Positions 1 through 9,509 are shown, counted from the stretch's first letter. The stretch is 20,000 nucleotides of DNA from an uncultured virus (IMG/VR IMGVR_UViG_3300025652_000046) (IMGVR_UViG_3300025652_000046), one strand, 5' to 3'. A program made the numbers and translations. Notes: generated by a model not told the origin, from the sequence alone.

Positions 1-2605
1 CATCCATTACGTGATTGAGCATTTCAGAAAAATCTTTATCAACAAGGTTCTTTTCGTAGTTACCACCAGCCTTACGTGTGATGACGCTAACATCAGTCTT
101 GTTACCACGGGTATCGAAAAACTTCTTCTCGCCTGCCTTAACAACTAAACGGTCTTGTTCTTTAATTATACCTATCCGTCTTGAATAGATAAGCTCACGG
201 TTAGCTCGTTGTAACTTGAGCATAGTAGGGTCTACTATTTGTACCTCTCTAGCTATAGTGTCTTTAAATGAACCTATCTCATTACGTCCACTATCTAAAT
301 CGATAACACCTCTGCGGGTTACACCTCGTAATCCTACTTTGATTTTACCTTGTGCCTTTAGACCAGTGAGAATGTTAGAACCCATTTTATGGTATTCACC
401 AAGAGTAGGAGCTTTAAAGAATACTTCCCAGTCTCTTACTTCTGCTTCATGTAGCTTCTTACCTATTTGTATAGAAAGACTATCATAGTCAGAAGATTGA
501 CCTGTAGCAACGTCTTTCATAATCTCAGACATTAGCTTAGTTCTATCTTTTATAAACTCAGGAGTTGCTGATTCTTGTATGAAGTCAGCCTTCTTCTTAG
601 TATACCACCACTCCAAATCTAGGAACCTGCGCTTTCGCTCAGTACCTGCTTGTAGGAATTTGGTGATAGCACTATCAGAAGGTATACCTTTCCATCTACG
701 CACAAACGCTTTACCAAAAGGTATCTTTTCAATTTCTTTAATAATGATAGCTTTCGCATCAGGGAACTTTGGTAGAATGTTGGGTAGCTTTGGAAAATAA
801 TTTCGCAAAGGAGAACGACCACCTAAGTAGCTTTTTCTTGCTAGACCAATCCCTTCTGTTGCTGCCCAGTTAGTTACATATCTTTGGTTCTTTAGAGTTC
901 TCTCAGCTATCTCATTGAAAGTAGTCCATTCACCCATTATTTGTATCTTTGCATCTTCCCCGCTAGCTCCAAACTTATAGACCTGTGAACGAGAACGAGA
1001 ACGTCTGTCTAGTACCCTGGATACGTTGACAACAGAGTTTTTAAGCTCTGCTCTTAATACCGCAGCAAGGTTATCCCATGGTTTCTTATCCTTAGCGAAT
1101 CGCTCCATGACAACACGTAGGTTCTCAATGATAACGGATTGCTGATTGACAGAGACTCCATCATTTTCCATAGACAGTGCAAATCGTTTAATAAAGTTCT
1201 TTTGGTCTTGACTTAGTAGCTTAGAAGTGTCTAGGTAATCCATACGCTCTTGTAGTACTTTAAAATCAGGATCATAAACGAGAGTCGATTTAGTCTCACC
1301 TGTCAAAGGGTCAACGCCTGTGTTTCTCTCATCGAACTGGTTGTTGGCTCTACGTCTTGTACCTTTCTTACCAGGAACCGAAGTACCCCGGAAGTCTGTC
1401 AGGGACAGATTAGAGTGTACATTGTGAGCCTCTGCTCTAAAGAATAAGCGTAGTTCATCTTCAACTGCTGCACTTCTTATAAGGGAGGAGGGCCTGCCTG
1501 CGTTGATTGCTAGCGCGTTAACTACATTAGAGCTCAACACTTTTTGTCTAACTGGCGTAGTATTTGTGTTCTTATTATCCAGTCGGCGTAATGCAGTTAA
1601 GGAAAGCGGTTTACCACTTGAGGTAGTAAAACTTTCTATAGGTAATTGACCATTATCGAAAAGTTCTACCTTTCGTATATCGCCTTGGAAGTGTCTAATT
1701 TTTACTTCTTGTTTTTGTCTTTTTAACCAAGTACCGTAATCTTCTTTAGAAGGAGCCACCCCGTTAAGGTTTGCCACTTGGGAAGCCTTTAATCCCTTTA
1801 ACACGTCCTTCTTGATATCAGGAGAGGCACTAGTTAGTAATTCACTATGTGACTTTAACACCGGAACCAGAGTACTACGACATCGCCAATGGAGTGGTGG
1901 TATGAATCGGGTATCATCAATATCGTAAACCTTACCGTCATGGTGAGCACAGATCGAAGAAGTACGGCTATCTAATACCGCTGTAAATCTAATACCTTTC
2001 ATAATTTCACGGTTTTCTTTAAGCACATTTAGCTGTGCAACCGTTTGTGTTCTTGTTATAGAGGTACGTACTAGAGCGGAAGCGTGAGCCTCTGTCAGTC
2101 TAGTCTTCCCTACCACGTTACGGATTATTTCGCTATTCGATAAACCCTTAGACAGACCTGTGTTGATTGCTGTCTGCATCCTGGTAAGTTCGCCGCTGCC
2201 TAGGCTTTGTATACGTTGAGCGAGATTACCATCACCTCTAACGTTAACCCCTACTATTTCAGCTAGTACCTTTGTAGCTCCTGGTCTACGTATGTTTGCA
2301 TACTTACCAATAGCTTTATTTAAATTGTTTGTAGTGAAGTCTACTTCGGTTAATCCGTAGTCCTCCATACCACCTACTAGGTGAGTGTTCATCTCCGATG
2401 TGAAACGTGTGACTTCAGGGTGGATGATGTCTTTCATTGTACGAGTTCTATCTACGGAATTGCCTGCGGATAGTTGTTTAGTCAGACGAGTACGATGGCG
2501 TCTAATTATACGCTTGGTATCTGTTTGGACGTTCTCTTCGTTGAGCCTTACCATTGACGAGTGGTCTACAGTGCGGTCATAAATCTTATCATTGATGCTT
2601 GGCAT
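1..2605 (-). CDS. MuF/SPP1 gp7-family minor head protein with a very long C-terminal extension; 3'-partial, >=868 aa
   Basis: Not in the ORF track because no stop is reached. ATG at 2605 with GGAGG RBS (2612-2616). My translation is open to the window edge: MPSINDKIYDRTVDHS...LVRTSITRTQ...FTAVLDSRTSSICAHHDGKVY...PPLHWRCRSTLVPV...KNLVDKDFSEMLNHVMD. LDxRT..C and PPxHxxCR are MuF hallmarks. It lies downstream of the portal. Confidence 0.9.
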   Translation of the reverse strand, partial: MPSINDKIYDRTVDHSSMVRLNEENVQTDTKRIIRRHRTRLTKQLSAGNSVDRTRTMKDIIHPEVTRFTSEMNTHLVGGMEDYGLTEVDFTTNNLNKAIGKYANIRRPGATKVLAEIVGVNVRGDGNLAQRIQSLGSGELTRMQTAINTGLSKGLSNSEIIRNVVGKTRLTEAHASALVRTSITRTQTVAQLNVLKENREIMKGIRFTAVLDSRTSSICAHHDGKVYDIDDTRFIPPLHWRCRSTLVPVLKSHSELLTSASPDIKKDVLKGLKASQVANLNGVAPSKEDYGTWLKRQKQEVKIRHFQGDIRKVELFDNGQLPIESFTTSSGKPLSLTALRRLDNKNTNTTPVRQKVLSSNVVNALAINAGRPSSLIRSAAVEDELRLFFRAEAHNVHSNLSLTDFRGTSVPGKKGTRRRANNQFDERNTGVDPLTGETKSTLVYDPDFKVLQERMDYLDTSKLLSQDQKNFIKRFALSMENDGVSVNQQSVIIENLRVVMERFAKDKKPWDNLAAVLRAELKNSVVNVSRVLDRRSRSRSQVYKFGASGEDAKIQIMGEWTTFNEIAERTLKNQRYVTNWAATEGIGLARKSYLGGRSPLRNYFPKLPNILPKFPDAKAIIIKEIEKIPFGKAFVRRWKGIPSDSAITKFLQAGTERKRRFLDLEWWYTKKKADFIQESATPEFIKDRTKLMSEIMKDVATGQSSDYDSLSIQIGKKLHEAEVRDWEVFFKAPTLGEYHKMGSNILTGLKAQGKIKVGLRGVTRRGVIDLDSGRNEIGSFKDTIAREVQIVDPTMLKLQRANRELIYSRRIGIIKEQDRLVVKAGEKKFFDTRGNKTDVSVITRKAGGNYEKNLVDKDFSEMLNHVMD

Positions 2606-2650
2606 ATGGAGCCTCCCGTTATGTAGGTATATTTAAAATTAGTGTATAAG

Positions 2651-2690
2651 AAAACCACTAACAGTGTGTTGTATGTACCGTTAGTGATTC
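2651..2690 (-). terminator. probable intrinsic terminator
   Basis: Minus-strand RNA AUCACUAACGGU-loop-ACUGUUAGUGGU (with G:U pairs) followed by UUUUCUU, right after the stop of 2693..2905. Confidence 0.6.
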
Positions 2691-2692
2691 TA

Positions 2693-2905
2693 TTACTTAA
2701 TATCTGAAGTTTCGATTACCTTAGCGCAATCTTTGTTTGAAACTAAAAACCTGCCATCTTCGTAGATATGTATAATTTTCCAGCTATTGTTAACAATATC
2801 GCCTATTTTTATACTTTCTTCTGCTCTAGAGGGCACTTCTTTTATTCCAACCTTTTCGATACTTTTGTGCTTATTCTTTTTTGAACTTTTAGTTGTTTTA
2901 CTCAT
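2693..2905 (-). CDS. hypothetical protein, Lys-rich N-terminus (70 aa)
   Basis: ORF packed between neighbours. Similar layout to 3595..3846 (basic tail, then a W-K-I core). Confidence 0.7.
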   Translation of the reverse strand: MSKTTKSSKKNKHKSIEKVGIKEVPSRAEESIKIGDIVNNSWKIIHIYEDGRFLVSNKDCAKVIETSDIK

Positions 2906-2907
2906 GT

Positions 2908-3345
2908 TTACACCTTGAAGAATACCATGGCTGCACTAAATGCTAAACCAGCAGCCGATGCTAGTAGTATGTATGATTTAAATTTGTATGTTTTAGTTTT
3001 ATCGAGCTGAACTGCTGCGTATACATGGCAGTATGCTGCTACAATACCGCATATTTGTCTGAATGGTATGTTAACTAATGTGCCATGTTCAAATAAAAAG
3101 TCACTTAATGGTGATGCGTTATCAAAGTAGTGGGCTGTCCACGTGATTAACCAATAAGTATTATCTAATGTTTGTCCAATAAAAGCTATCACTACGCCTA
3201 ATATCAACCATTGTTCACTCGTTAATTTCTTATCACTTGTTATTGCGTTGGCTGCTGATTGCCCCCAATGCACTACTACTGCTATTCCTAATAAAATCGT
3301 TAGGACAGTTAATCCCCCTGATAATACATCTGTCATTTTGTTCAC
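2908..3345 (-). CDS. multi-pass membrane protein (~145 aa)
   Basis: About four hydrophobic segments; start overlaps the upstream stop. Confidence 0.75.
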   Translation of the reverse strand: MNKMTDVLSGGLTVLTILLGIAVVVHWGQSAANAITSDKKLTSEQWLILGVVIAFIGQTLDNTYWLITWTAHYFDNASPLSDFLFEHGTLVNIPFRQICGIVAAYCHVYAAVQLDKTKTYKFKSYILLASAAGLAFSAAMVFFKV

Positions 3346-3593
3346 CTTAAATTCCGTATTTCGTCTAGAACAGATCTGCTTAGTGTTTCCACTGAATGTA
3401 CCCTGCCCTTAAGTTCCCTATAATCCCCAGTCATGTCTACTATTTGTTTCTGGTTAATGTCATGCATCATCTCGAATTTCTCGAGCTTTGCGGCATCTTT
3501 CTTTATATATGAGTTTAGTAGGAACCATAAGGATGTTATGACTGTCATCAACACCCCTAGTGCCCCTAGTATCTCTATCCTAGTGAATTCCAT
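3342..3593 (-). CDS. single-TM plus coiled-coil protein (MEFTRIEILG..., ~83 aa)
   Basis: N-terminal TM ILGALGVLMTVITSLWFLL then a helical tail. Start moved to ATG 3593, just after the upstream stop. Confidence 0.7.
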   Translation of the reverse strand: MEFTRIEILGALGVLMTVITSLWFLLNSYIKKDAAKLEKFEMMHDINQKQIVDMTGDYRELKGRVHSVETLSRSVLDEIRNLR

Positions 3594-3594
3594 A

Positions 3595-3846
3595 TCATTT
3601 CTGCAAGATTTCAAGTGCAGCCTTTTCACTTAGCGCAGCTCGTCCATGGAATTCAATATTCGCTTTTGTACCTATGATAATCCACATTCTATCCTTTAGA
3701 CGGAATGCTTCAATTTTCCATAGGCCACTTTTAGATATAGCACCTACTTCTAATTGAGGAGTAGGTTTAGCTACCGGTTTAGCTGCGGCTGCCTTTGGGG
3801 CAACCTCTTTGCTAGTTGTTTTCTTAATACTAGGTTTGCTACTCAT
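3595..3846 (-). CDS. hypothetical protein with K/A/P-rich N-terminus
   Basis: ORF track 3595..3861; the more likely start is MSSKPSIKK at 3846, overlapping the end of the portal gene. Confidence 0.7.
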   Translation of the reverse strand: MSSKPSIKKTTSKEVAPKAAAAKPVAKPTPQLEVGAISKSGLWKIEAFRLKDRMWIIIGTKANIEFHGRAALSEKAALEILQK

Positions 3847-5491
3847 CTTCATCTTCCTCATTAGTAATTGTTTCAGGTTGTTTTGACATGCGGTTGACTA
3901 AGTCATCCATAGGTAGCGCATCCACTCCGCCCATAATCAAATCATCCTTGCCTATTTCTTCTTGTCCTTTTTCATCATCATAATCTGAATCAATGATGTC
4001 ATTTGCCTTAGCAATGTCAAGGAAAGTTGAACGTGGTATAAGTCCTGTTTGGTACCATTCTGTAACCAGGCGTAACCAGTCAGCGCCAATAGGTGCTGGG
4101 TTTAAATCTGGAGTCAGGTCAAATTTTATGTCTTCTATTTTGTAGTCAGTATCATACCTCCAGTTAATCATCCAACAAAGGACTTTACGCATTTGCTGAG
4201 ATACTTTGGTAGATATAGAAGCTAATAAAGCAGACTGTCCTGCGTTTCTTATTTCAAGTGCTACACCTGAATCTCTGCCGCCGCCTGTCTCTGCTGCCAT
4301 CATACGGATACCCAAACGAGCCATCTCGTTAACAGTATTTTGAATTACTGTTTCCATGTCACGTAGTGCTGCCGAAGGCGTTTCTAATGCTTTAATCTCA
4401 TCGCCTTGCCCTAATTTGATCCAAGAACCTAGACCTGCTGATACCACATCTTCAAAACTGTCGTCTGTCATATCAGACATAATAACAGGGGTATAAGTAG
4501 CAGCACCTAGTAATAAATGGTTTCTGCGAGATACTTTGTTATAAAGAGATACTTCACGGTCGATAAGCGGCATAAGTACAGGCTCTTCACCATGTATATT
4601 GCCATTTAGAGGTAATGCTGGGATGTAATCTAGAGGTTTGTTATTGGCCAAGATGTTGTCAAAGGTAGTTATTAACTTCCATTTGCTCTTGTTACCCTTG
4701 TTTGCACCATGCATACCGCCAGTTACTTGGTAGTCTTGCTGCTCTACACCATTAATAAAGTGTACATTCTCAGCGGTAGAATCTAATTCGTATTTATCTA
4801 CAACGTAGAAACCCTGTTCATTCAATCTGTGTACATAAGTAGTATCTATGTAGTCAGGGTGTAATGGGTTGGTACGATAATGTTGTTCGAAAGTACGTAT
4901 TACAATAGCTAGTAAACAGTGTGAACCCGTAAGAGGGTGGGCACCTGTTCTCCAGTTGATTACTGATTCTGCTTTTAAAAGTACAGGATAAGGAGCTAAT
5001 TTCTTACGCTCTTCTAAGCTAAGAAGGTCCATATTAGGTACGGTAGGGTAATCCACCATAACCCAAGCTCTTGAAGTCTGTAGCTCTTCACTCAATGCTT
5101 CATCTAAGAAAGAGAGCATAGAGTTATCGTGTGAGGTAAAAGTATTCTTTAGCCAGTCCATAGCACCTTCAGGTACATCTCCAGGTAATGTAATCTCTGG
5201 TACTTTACGTAGCATGCCGCCTACTAATACCTTAATGTATTGCGCGGTTAATCCAGGTAGCTCTGCTTCTGCCTTGTAGAACGAGTATTGTTCAGGGGTC
5301 ATCGAAGGGCTAAATGGTAATAATATGTTTGTGAAGGTAAAAGAGTCTAAGTTGGCATCAAGTTCTTTTACGTGGTTTTGACCATTTAGTATACCACGGG
5401 CTGTGCGCCATAGTGGTTTTAAAGATTCGTAGCGTGAGTTGGGATCTCCAACGGCCTTCGAGTTGTTAGCTGCTGTATTTGCGTTAGCCAC
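3839..5491 (-). CDS. portal protein (DUF4055-like, 550 aa)
   Basis: GTG start with GGAGG RBS; size, acidic C-tail and position between terminase and MuF genes; segments such as YSFYKAEAEL, PYPVLLKAESVINW and SGVALEIR resemble DUF4055-type portals. Confidence 0.85.
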   Translation of the reverse strand: MANANTAANNSKAVGDPNSRYESLKPLWRTARGILNGQNHVKELDANLDSFTFTNILLPFSPSMTPEQYSFYKAEAELPGLTAQYIKVLVGGMLRKVPEITLPGDVPEGAMDWLKNTFTSHDNSMLSFLDEALSEELQTSRAWVMVDYPTVPNMDLLSLEERKKLAPYPVLLKAESVINWRTGAHPLTGSHCLLAIVIRTFEQHYRTNPLHPDYIDTTYVHRLNEQGFYVVDKYELDSTAENVHFINGVEQQDYQVTGGMHGANKGNKSKWKLITTFDNILANNKPLDYIPALPLNGNIHGEEPVLMPLIDREVSLYNKVSRRNHLLLGAATYTPVIMSDMTDDSFEDVVSAGLGSWIKLGQGDEIKALETPSAALRDMETVIQNTVNEMARLGIRMMAAETGGGRDSGVALEIRNAGQSALLASISTKVSQQMRKVLCWMINWRYDTDYKIEDIKFDLTPDLNPAPIGADWLRLVTEWYQTGLIPRSTFLDIAKANDIIDSDYDDEKGQEEIGKDDLIMGGVDALPMDDLVNRMSKQPETITNEEDEDE

Positions 5492-5527
5492 TTAGGCCTC
5501 CATTGATTTGGTTAAGTTTAAATTAGT

Positions 5528-5572
5528 TCCCCGTTTATAACTGTAAGTAGCGAATTTACAGTTAAAGGAGGG
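5528..5572 (-). other. stem-loop between HNH and portal genes
   Basis: TAACTGTAA-N9-TTACAGTTA inverted repeat, flanked by CCCC...GGGG. Confidence 0.5.
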
Positions 5573-5598
5573 GTTGCCTGGACGCCTTAAGCCACGTA

Positions 5599-6153
5599 TT
5601 ATAACGGTCTAAGGATCCTAAGTTGTTTCCAACCGAGAGTACCACGTCTTATACGTGCCTCAGCTGTTTTATGTTTTATACCGTGAGCGATAGCTGCTTC
5701 CCCTACATTACGGAATACACCTTTGTCGGTTTCTACCTCTATAGAAAGTTTTTCGCCTGCCTTTTTAGCACTGCTCATTTGGTGCGCCAGAAATTTTGCT
5801 TCATCTGTAAAGTAGGTGTCTCTGGCGTGTTGCATAGTGGAATCGAGGGTTCCTGCCTCTCGGCGGATAGCAGCTGTAGACTTACCTCCTCTAACAGCAA
5901 CTATTCTCGATGACTCTCGGTTATCTTCGTCTTGTAGCCAGTCCTGGTACCCTTTCTTCGCAGATTCAATTCTTGCTTCTTCAGGAAGGATTCTACCACT
6001 CAGCATTTGCCAAGCGACTTTATCTTGCCATCTGCCATAGGTATCAAATAGTTCCTTGTGCGCTTGCGCGTGTTCTTCTATAGTTAGTTGTACTAAGTTA
6101 TTAGGGTCGTCCGTGCCTCCCGCGTGTCGGGGGACTATGTGATGCCAATGCAT
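5599..6153 (-). CDS. free-standing HNH homing endonuclease with C-terminal NUMOD1/IENR1-like HTH
   Basis: HHIVPRHAGGTDDPNNLVQLTIEEHAQAH is an intact HNH motif; C-terminal GVFRNVGEAAIAHGIKHKTAEARIRRG. Confidence 0.88.
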   Translation of the reverse strand: MHWHHIVPRHAGGTDDPNNLVQLTIEEHAQAHKELFDTYGRWQDKVAWQMLSGRILPEEARIESAKKGYQDWLQDEDNRESSRIVAVRGGKSTAAIRREAGTLDSTMQHARDTYFTDEAKFLAHQMSSAKKAGEKLSIEVETDKGVFRNVGEAAIAHGIKHKTAEARIRRGTLGWKQLRILRPL

Positions 6154-6168
6154 GAGTATATCCTTAAA

Positions 6169-7521
6169 TTAAAAATTGTTTGATTGTTTGGATGTAACCT
6201 TCGTACCTGCTTGTACAGGGAAGAGGAATTCGGTCGAATATCGTACGCTGTCCGTCCAATGTTCTATACCTTCTGACTTATCTATTGTCAAAGTGTCTGG
6301 GTTGTTTTCTCTCCAAACGGTTCTTTCCATTGATTTTATCGTGTGCTTACAACGAGGATGAAAGTACATATTAATAGCACCATCACCTTTCAGTAGTAAT
6401 CTGTTAACCGCTTGTACAGAGTCTGCCATTCCTGGGGCTCTACTTCTTGCCAGTGTTTGTATACCGTAAGATTGTAGTATAGAGAAATCGGTACGGCCAA
6501 CAGCGGCACTGGATTTTCTGGCTCGACCACTTGGATCGGGATAAGCAAAAACCTTATGTCCTTTATCTATATACTTTTTCTTGATGTCTTTTGCGAGACA
6601 TTCGGTATCTGGGTGCCCTTGGAATTCGTTAAGGAAATGCATTTGTCCACCCCGTAAAGCGAATAAGCAAGATGCCATTATCGAGACGTTAAAATCTATA
6701 CCGATATGGGCATCTTCGCCTGGCTGTAATTCCTCAAGCTCTCTGTCTACGTGAGCAGACCTGTTAAAGTTATAGAACACAGTATTACCTGAGTCATCAA
6801 ATGACGCTTCATACTCTCGTTTAAATTGAAAGTGATCGATAGTATGTTTAGTACGTTCAATCTCTTTTACATCGAGGTATGGTGAATCTTTGTAAGTGTA
6901 GTGGTAAGACCTCCACTGAGAATCCCTTTCTTCAAAGTTAAACATCTCATAGAAGTAATCCTTGCCCATAGGTGTAGATATAACCAAAGCTCGTCCTGGT
7001 GACGGTGCGTTAAACTCCGCTGCTCTGTCTTCACTCCAACGGGTAGTAATACAAGGTTGTACTACTGATTCCCAGGATTCTTTGAAGGTAGAACCCGCAC
7101 CTTTAAATGATGTAACTTCATCCAGTACTACAAAGTATTGTCCGCTACCACGTAAACGCTGAGAGGCCTCGTAAGACCATAGCTTAAGAGTTACATTTCC
7201 AGGAAACCAAAAAGTACCTGAATGCTGACTCATTTTATCGCAGTAGTCCTCCATGCCCATTTGATAGGCTATTAGAGGGAAGTATATGTCTACACATTGC
7301 TGGTAGGTTGGCGCAATGATTGCTACATTCTTGTTTGGGATGTGCGCAGGCATTGACATTAATTCTTGTACGGCTAATATGGCAGCAGTGGCGGCAAGGT
7401 AAGACTTACCGAAACCACGTGAGGCACATACAACACTGTATCTGCAATTCTTTGCTACAAAGAGATCGTTGATGATCTCGGATTGTCCGGCATGTAACGT
7501 CAGACTCATAATCTTCTCCAA
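6169..7521 (-). CDS. terL: terminase large subunit (450 aa)
   Basis: Q motif LHAGQ, Walker A SRGFGKS, Walker B VVLDE, coupling motif ISTPMG, nuclease motifs IGIDFN, YPDPSG, HWTDSVRY. Confidence 0.95.
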   Translation of the reverse strand: MEKIMSLTLHAGQSEIINDLFVAKNCRYSVVCASRGFGKSYLAATAAILAVQELMSMPAHIPNKNVAIIAPTYQQCVDIYFPLIAYQMGMEDYCDKMSQHSGTFWFPGNVTLKLWSYEASQRLRGSGQYFVVLDEVTSFKGAGSTFKESWESVVQPCITTRWSEDRAAEFNAPSPGRALVISTPMGKDYFYEMFNFEERDSQWRSYHYTYKDSPYLDVKEIERTKHTIDHFQFKREYEASFDDSGNTVFYNFNRSAHVDRELEELQPGEDAHIGIDFNVSIMASCLFALRGGQMHFLNEFQGHPDTECLAKDIKKKYIDKGHKVFAYPDPSGRARKSSAAVGRTDFSILQSYGIQTLARSRAPGMADSVQAVNRLLLKGDGAINMYFHPRCKHTIKSMERTVWRENNPDTLTIDKSEGIEHWTDSVRYSTEFLFPVQAGTKVTSKQSNNF

Positions 7522-7536
7522 TCTCTGAGTATTATA

Positions 7537-8226
7537 TTATTTATGTAAATAGCTGCCCACTTTCTCCACAAAAGAGAAATCTGAAACAGCGGATAAGTTT
7601 ATTTTTTTATTACCTTCTCTACTTTCAAAAGTGTAACCAAAAGCTTCAAGGTCAGGTTTGTATCTGTCCTCAATTAGCTTCCTTGTTTTTGCTGTGTAGA
7701 ATTTTCGGTAGTCGGAAGTAGGTACACGTTGATGGCTTGCTTCAGTAATAGGATATGTCGAATCTAAGGGGATACCTAGTTCGCTAAGGATGCTTTCTGT
7801 GGATTCTTTTCGTGTTTCAAAGAAACCTATAAGATCTGTTTTTAGATTACATTCGGTATCCAGCATCCAACCTAGTTGTGGGTATCTCGAAAATGTTCTT
7901 AGGTAATCAGAGACGCCAGGTCTCCCAAAGTAGCTTTCAGGAAGAGGCATGTCAGCATAACGCCAATACACCCATTCTGTAAATGAGAGGTTGTGTGGTA
8001 CATCTCCTCTTTTGCCTGCATGGTATTTCCACTCACTGAATTCCCTTTCAAAAGGGTTTCTTACAAATAAAAATACAGTTTTACCAGCAGTAGGCATATC
8101 CATATCCAGAAAAGACCCGTGTTGAGAAGGTGCCTCAACGTCCAAGGTCCTACATAGGTAACCGGACATACTGGAGCTAGAGGTACGCGGTACCTGTACA
8201 AATATGAAATTTTCACCTACGATCAT
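7537..8226 (-). CDS. sulfotransferase family 2-like protein (229 aa)
   Basis: 5'-PSB-like FIFVQVPRTSSSSM, 3'-PB FVRNPFEREFSEWKY, DLIGFFE, and C-terminal YRKFYT...RYKPDLEAFGYTF. Confidence 0.8.
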   Translation of the reverse strand: MIVGENFIFVQVPRTSSSSMSGYLCRTLDVEAPSQHGSFLDMDMPTAGKTVFLFVRNPFEREFSEWKYHAGKRGDVPHNLSFTEWVYWRYADMPLPESYFGRPGVSDYLRTFSRYPQLGWMLDTECNLKTDLIGFFETRKESTESILSELGIPLDSTYPITEASHQRVPTSDYRKFYTAKTRKLIEDRYKPDLEAFGYTFESREGNKKINLSAVSDFSFVEKVGSYLHK

Positions 8227-8238
8227 TATTTTATCCTA

Positions 8239-8979
8239 TTATAAGTTTTCTTTATGGAACATACGTATCAAGTCACCACAAATGTCAGAACGCACAATGT
8301 CTTCCACATCGAATTCTATAGAGGGAACTTCAATATCGTTCCGATTACACATTTCTACGAATCGAGAGAGGTCACTACCTTTCTTAACGTCTGATTGCTT
8401 AGGGTCACCTATTAGTGCCATTACAGTACCTTCGCCTATACGGGTAGTGATCGCTTTGATCTCTTCGATAGAAAGGTTTTGTGATTCATCGATGATCACG
8501 AATGAATCTTCGAAGCTCATACCACGGATGGTCTCTATGGGTTGAATCATAATTTGAGTACCAAGCATCTTCTCATAGTTGCCTGCGCCTAATCCTTCTT
8601 TTAATACGTTGAGGATAGGGGCTAACCATGGGGCTAGTTTGTCATCAATGGTCCCGGGGAAGTGACCTAGTGAACGACCTGTGGGTACGTTTGGACGAGA
8701 TAACACAATTCTTTTTACTTTACCGTCAACAAGCATACGTGCAGCAATCATACCAGTGGTATAAGTTTTACCTGTGCCCGCTGGGCCAGTAGCTGTAACT
8801 AAGGGGTGTGTGTGGTAAAAGACACCTAAATCTTCTTGGTTGTCTGTAAGGGGTTCATAGAATTTACAAGGTGGAGTATATTCACGTTCGGGGTTAACCT
8901 TACGTTTGCTCTTACTCTTGCGAATCGGTGGAGCATAATCAGTATCGTTCTTGTTAGTGCTTCTTTTATTCTTTCTCAT
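8239..8979 (-). CDS. phoH: PhoH family ATPase
   Basis: GPAGTGKT Walker A, LSRP, LGHFPG, IRGMSF, IIDESQN, TRIGEG, GDPKQSD, DIVRS. Confidence 0.95.
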   Translation of the reverse strand: MRKNKRSTNKNDTDYAPPIRKSKSKRKVNPEREYTPPCKFYEPLTDNQEDLGVFYHTHPLVTATGPAGTGKTYTTGMIAARMLVDGKVKRIVLSRPNVPTGRSLGHFPGTIDDKLAPWLAPILNVLKEGLGAGNYEKMLGTQIMIQPIETIRGMSFEDSFVIIDESQNLSIEEIKAITTRIGEGTVMALIGDPKQSDVKKGSDLSRFVEMCNRNDIEVPSIEFDVEDIVRSDICGDLIRMFHKENL

Positions 8980-9011
8980 ATGGTGCCTTATATATAGTTT
9001 GGTTTAGTGAA

Positions 9012-9440
9012 TTATATTTTATTTCTAGCAACGCCTTTAAATTTCTCAAAGGTTCTGAGTCCGCCTAATCCGAGTAGTCCCATTAACACTGGCATCATTA
9101 TAGATAAGTCTGCTTGTGGAAATATGATTTCAGGGTGACCCGCTAGTTGAGCACTAAAAGTGCCTATTGGTGCGATTAGGAAGTTCATCGCGAATCCTAA
9201 GCCACACACCCATAATATGAATGGACGCGCACCTGCAACAAAGACACTATCTGATTTAGCAGCAGTGTTGTTGACTTCTATTTGAGCCAAGGCAAGTTGT
9301 TGTACATTGCTGGCTTCAAAGGTTTCTAATTTAAATTTTAATTCTGCTTTGGTAATTTTCTTATCGGTGTAGTCTTTAAACACGCCAGCTACGGTGTCTA
9401 ACACATCTCCAGATAAAAATTTAACTATTGTTGATAGCAT
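9012..9440 (-). CDS. holin, GTA_holin_3TM family
   Basis: EVN..AAKS.SVFVAGARPFILWVCG and LLGLGGLRTFEKFKGVAR are characteristic of this family. Confidence 0.85.
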   Translation of the reverse strand: MLSTIVKFLSGDVLDTVAGVFKDYTDKKITKAELKFKLETFEASNVQQLALAQIEVNNTAAKSDSVFVAGARPFILWVCGLGFAMNFLIAPIGTFSAQLAGHPEIIFPQADLSIMMPVLMGLLGLGGLRTFEKFKGVARNKI

Positions 9441-9509
9441 TAGATGTTCCTTTATGAATTAGTTTGGTTTGTTTTGTTTGATTTAATAAACACACCAACA
9501 TCTAGCATT

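Noticed and set aside
216..2582. Short track ORFs 216..488, 579..800, 619..822 and 2385..2582
   Set aside because: They are antisense or off-frame shadows of the long MuF ORF (1..2605, minus).
5505..6168. HNH gene as part of a group I intron
   Set aside because: terL and portal both look complete with their own start and stop, and the flanks are too short for an intron core.
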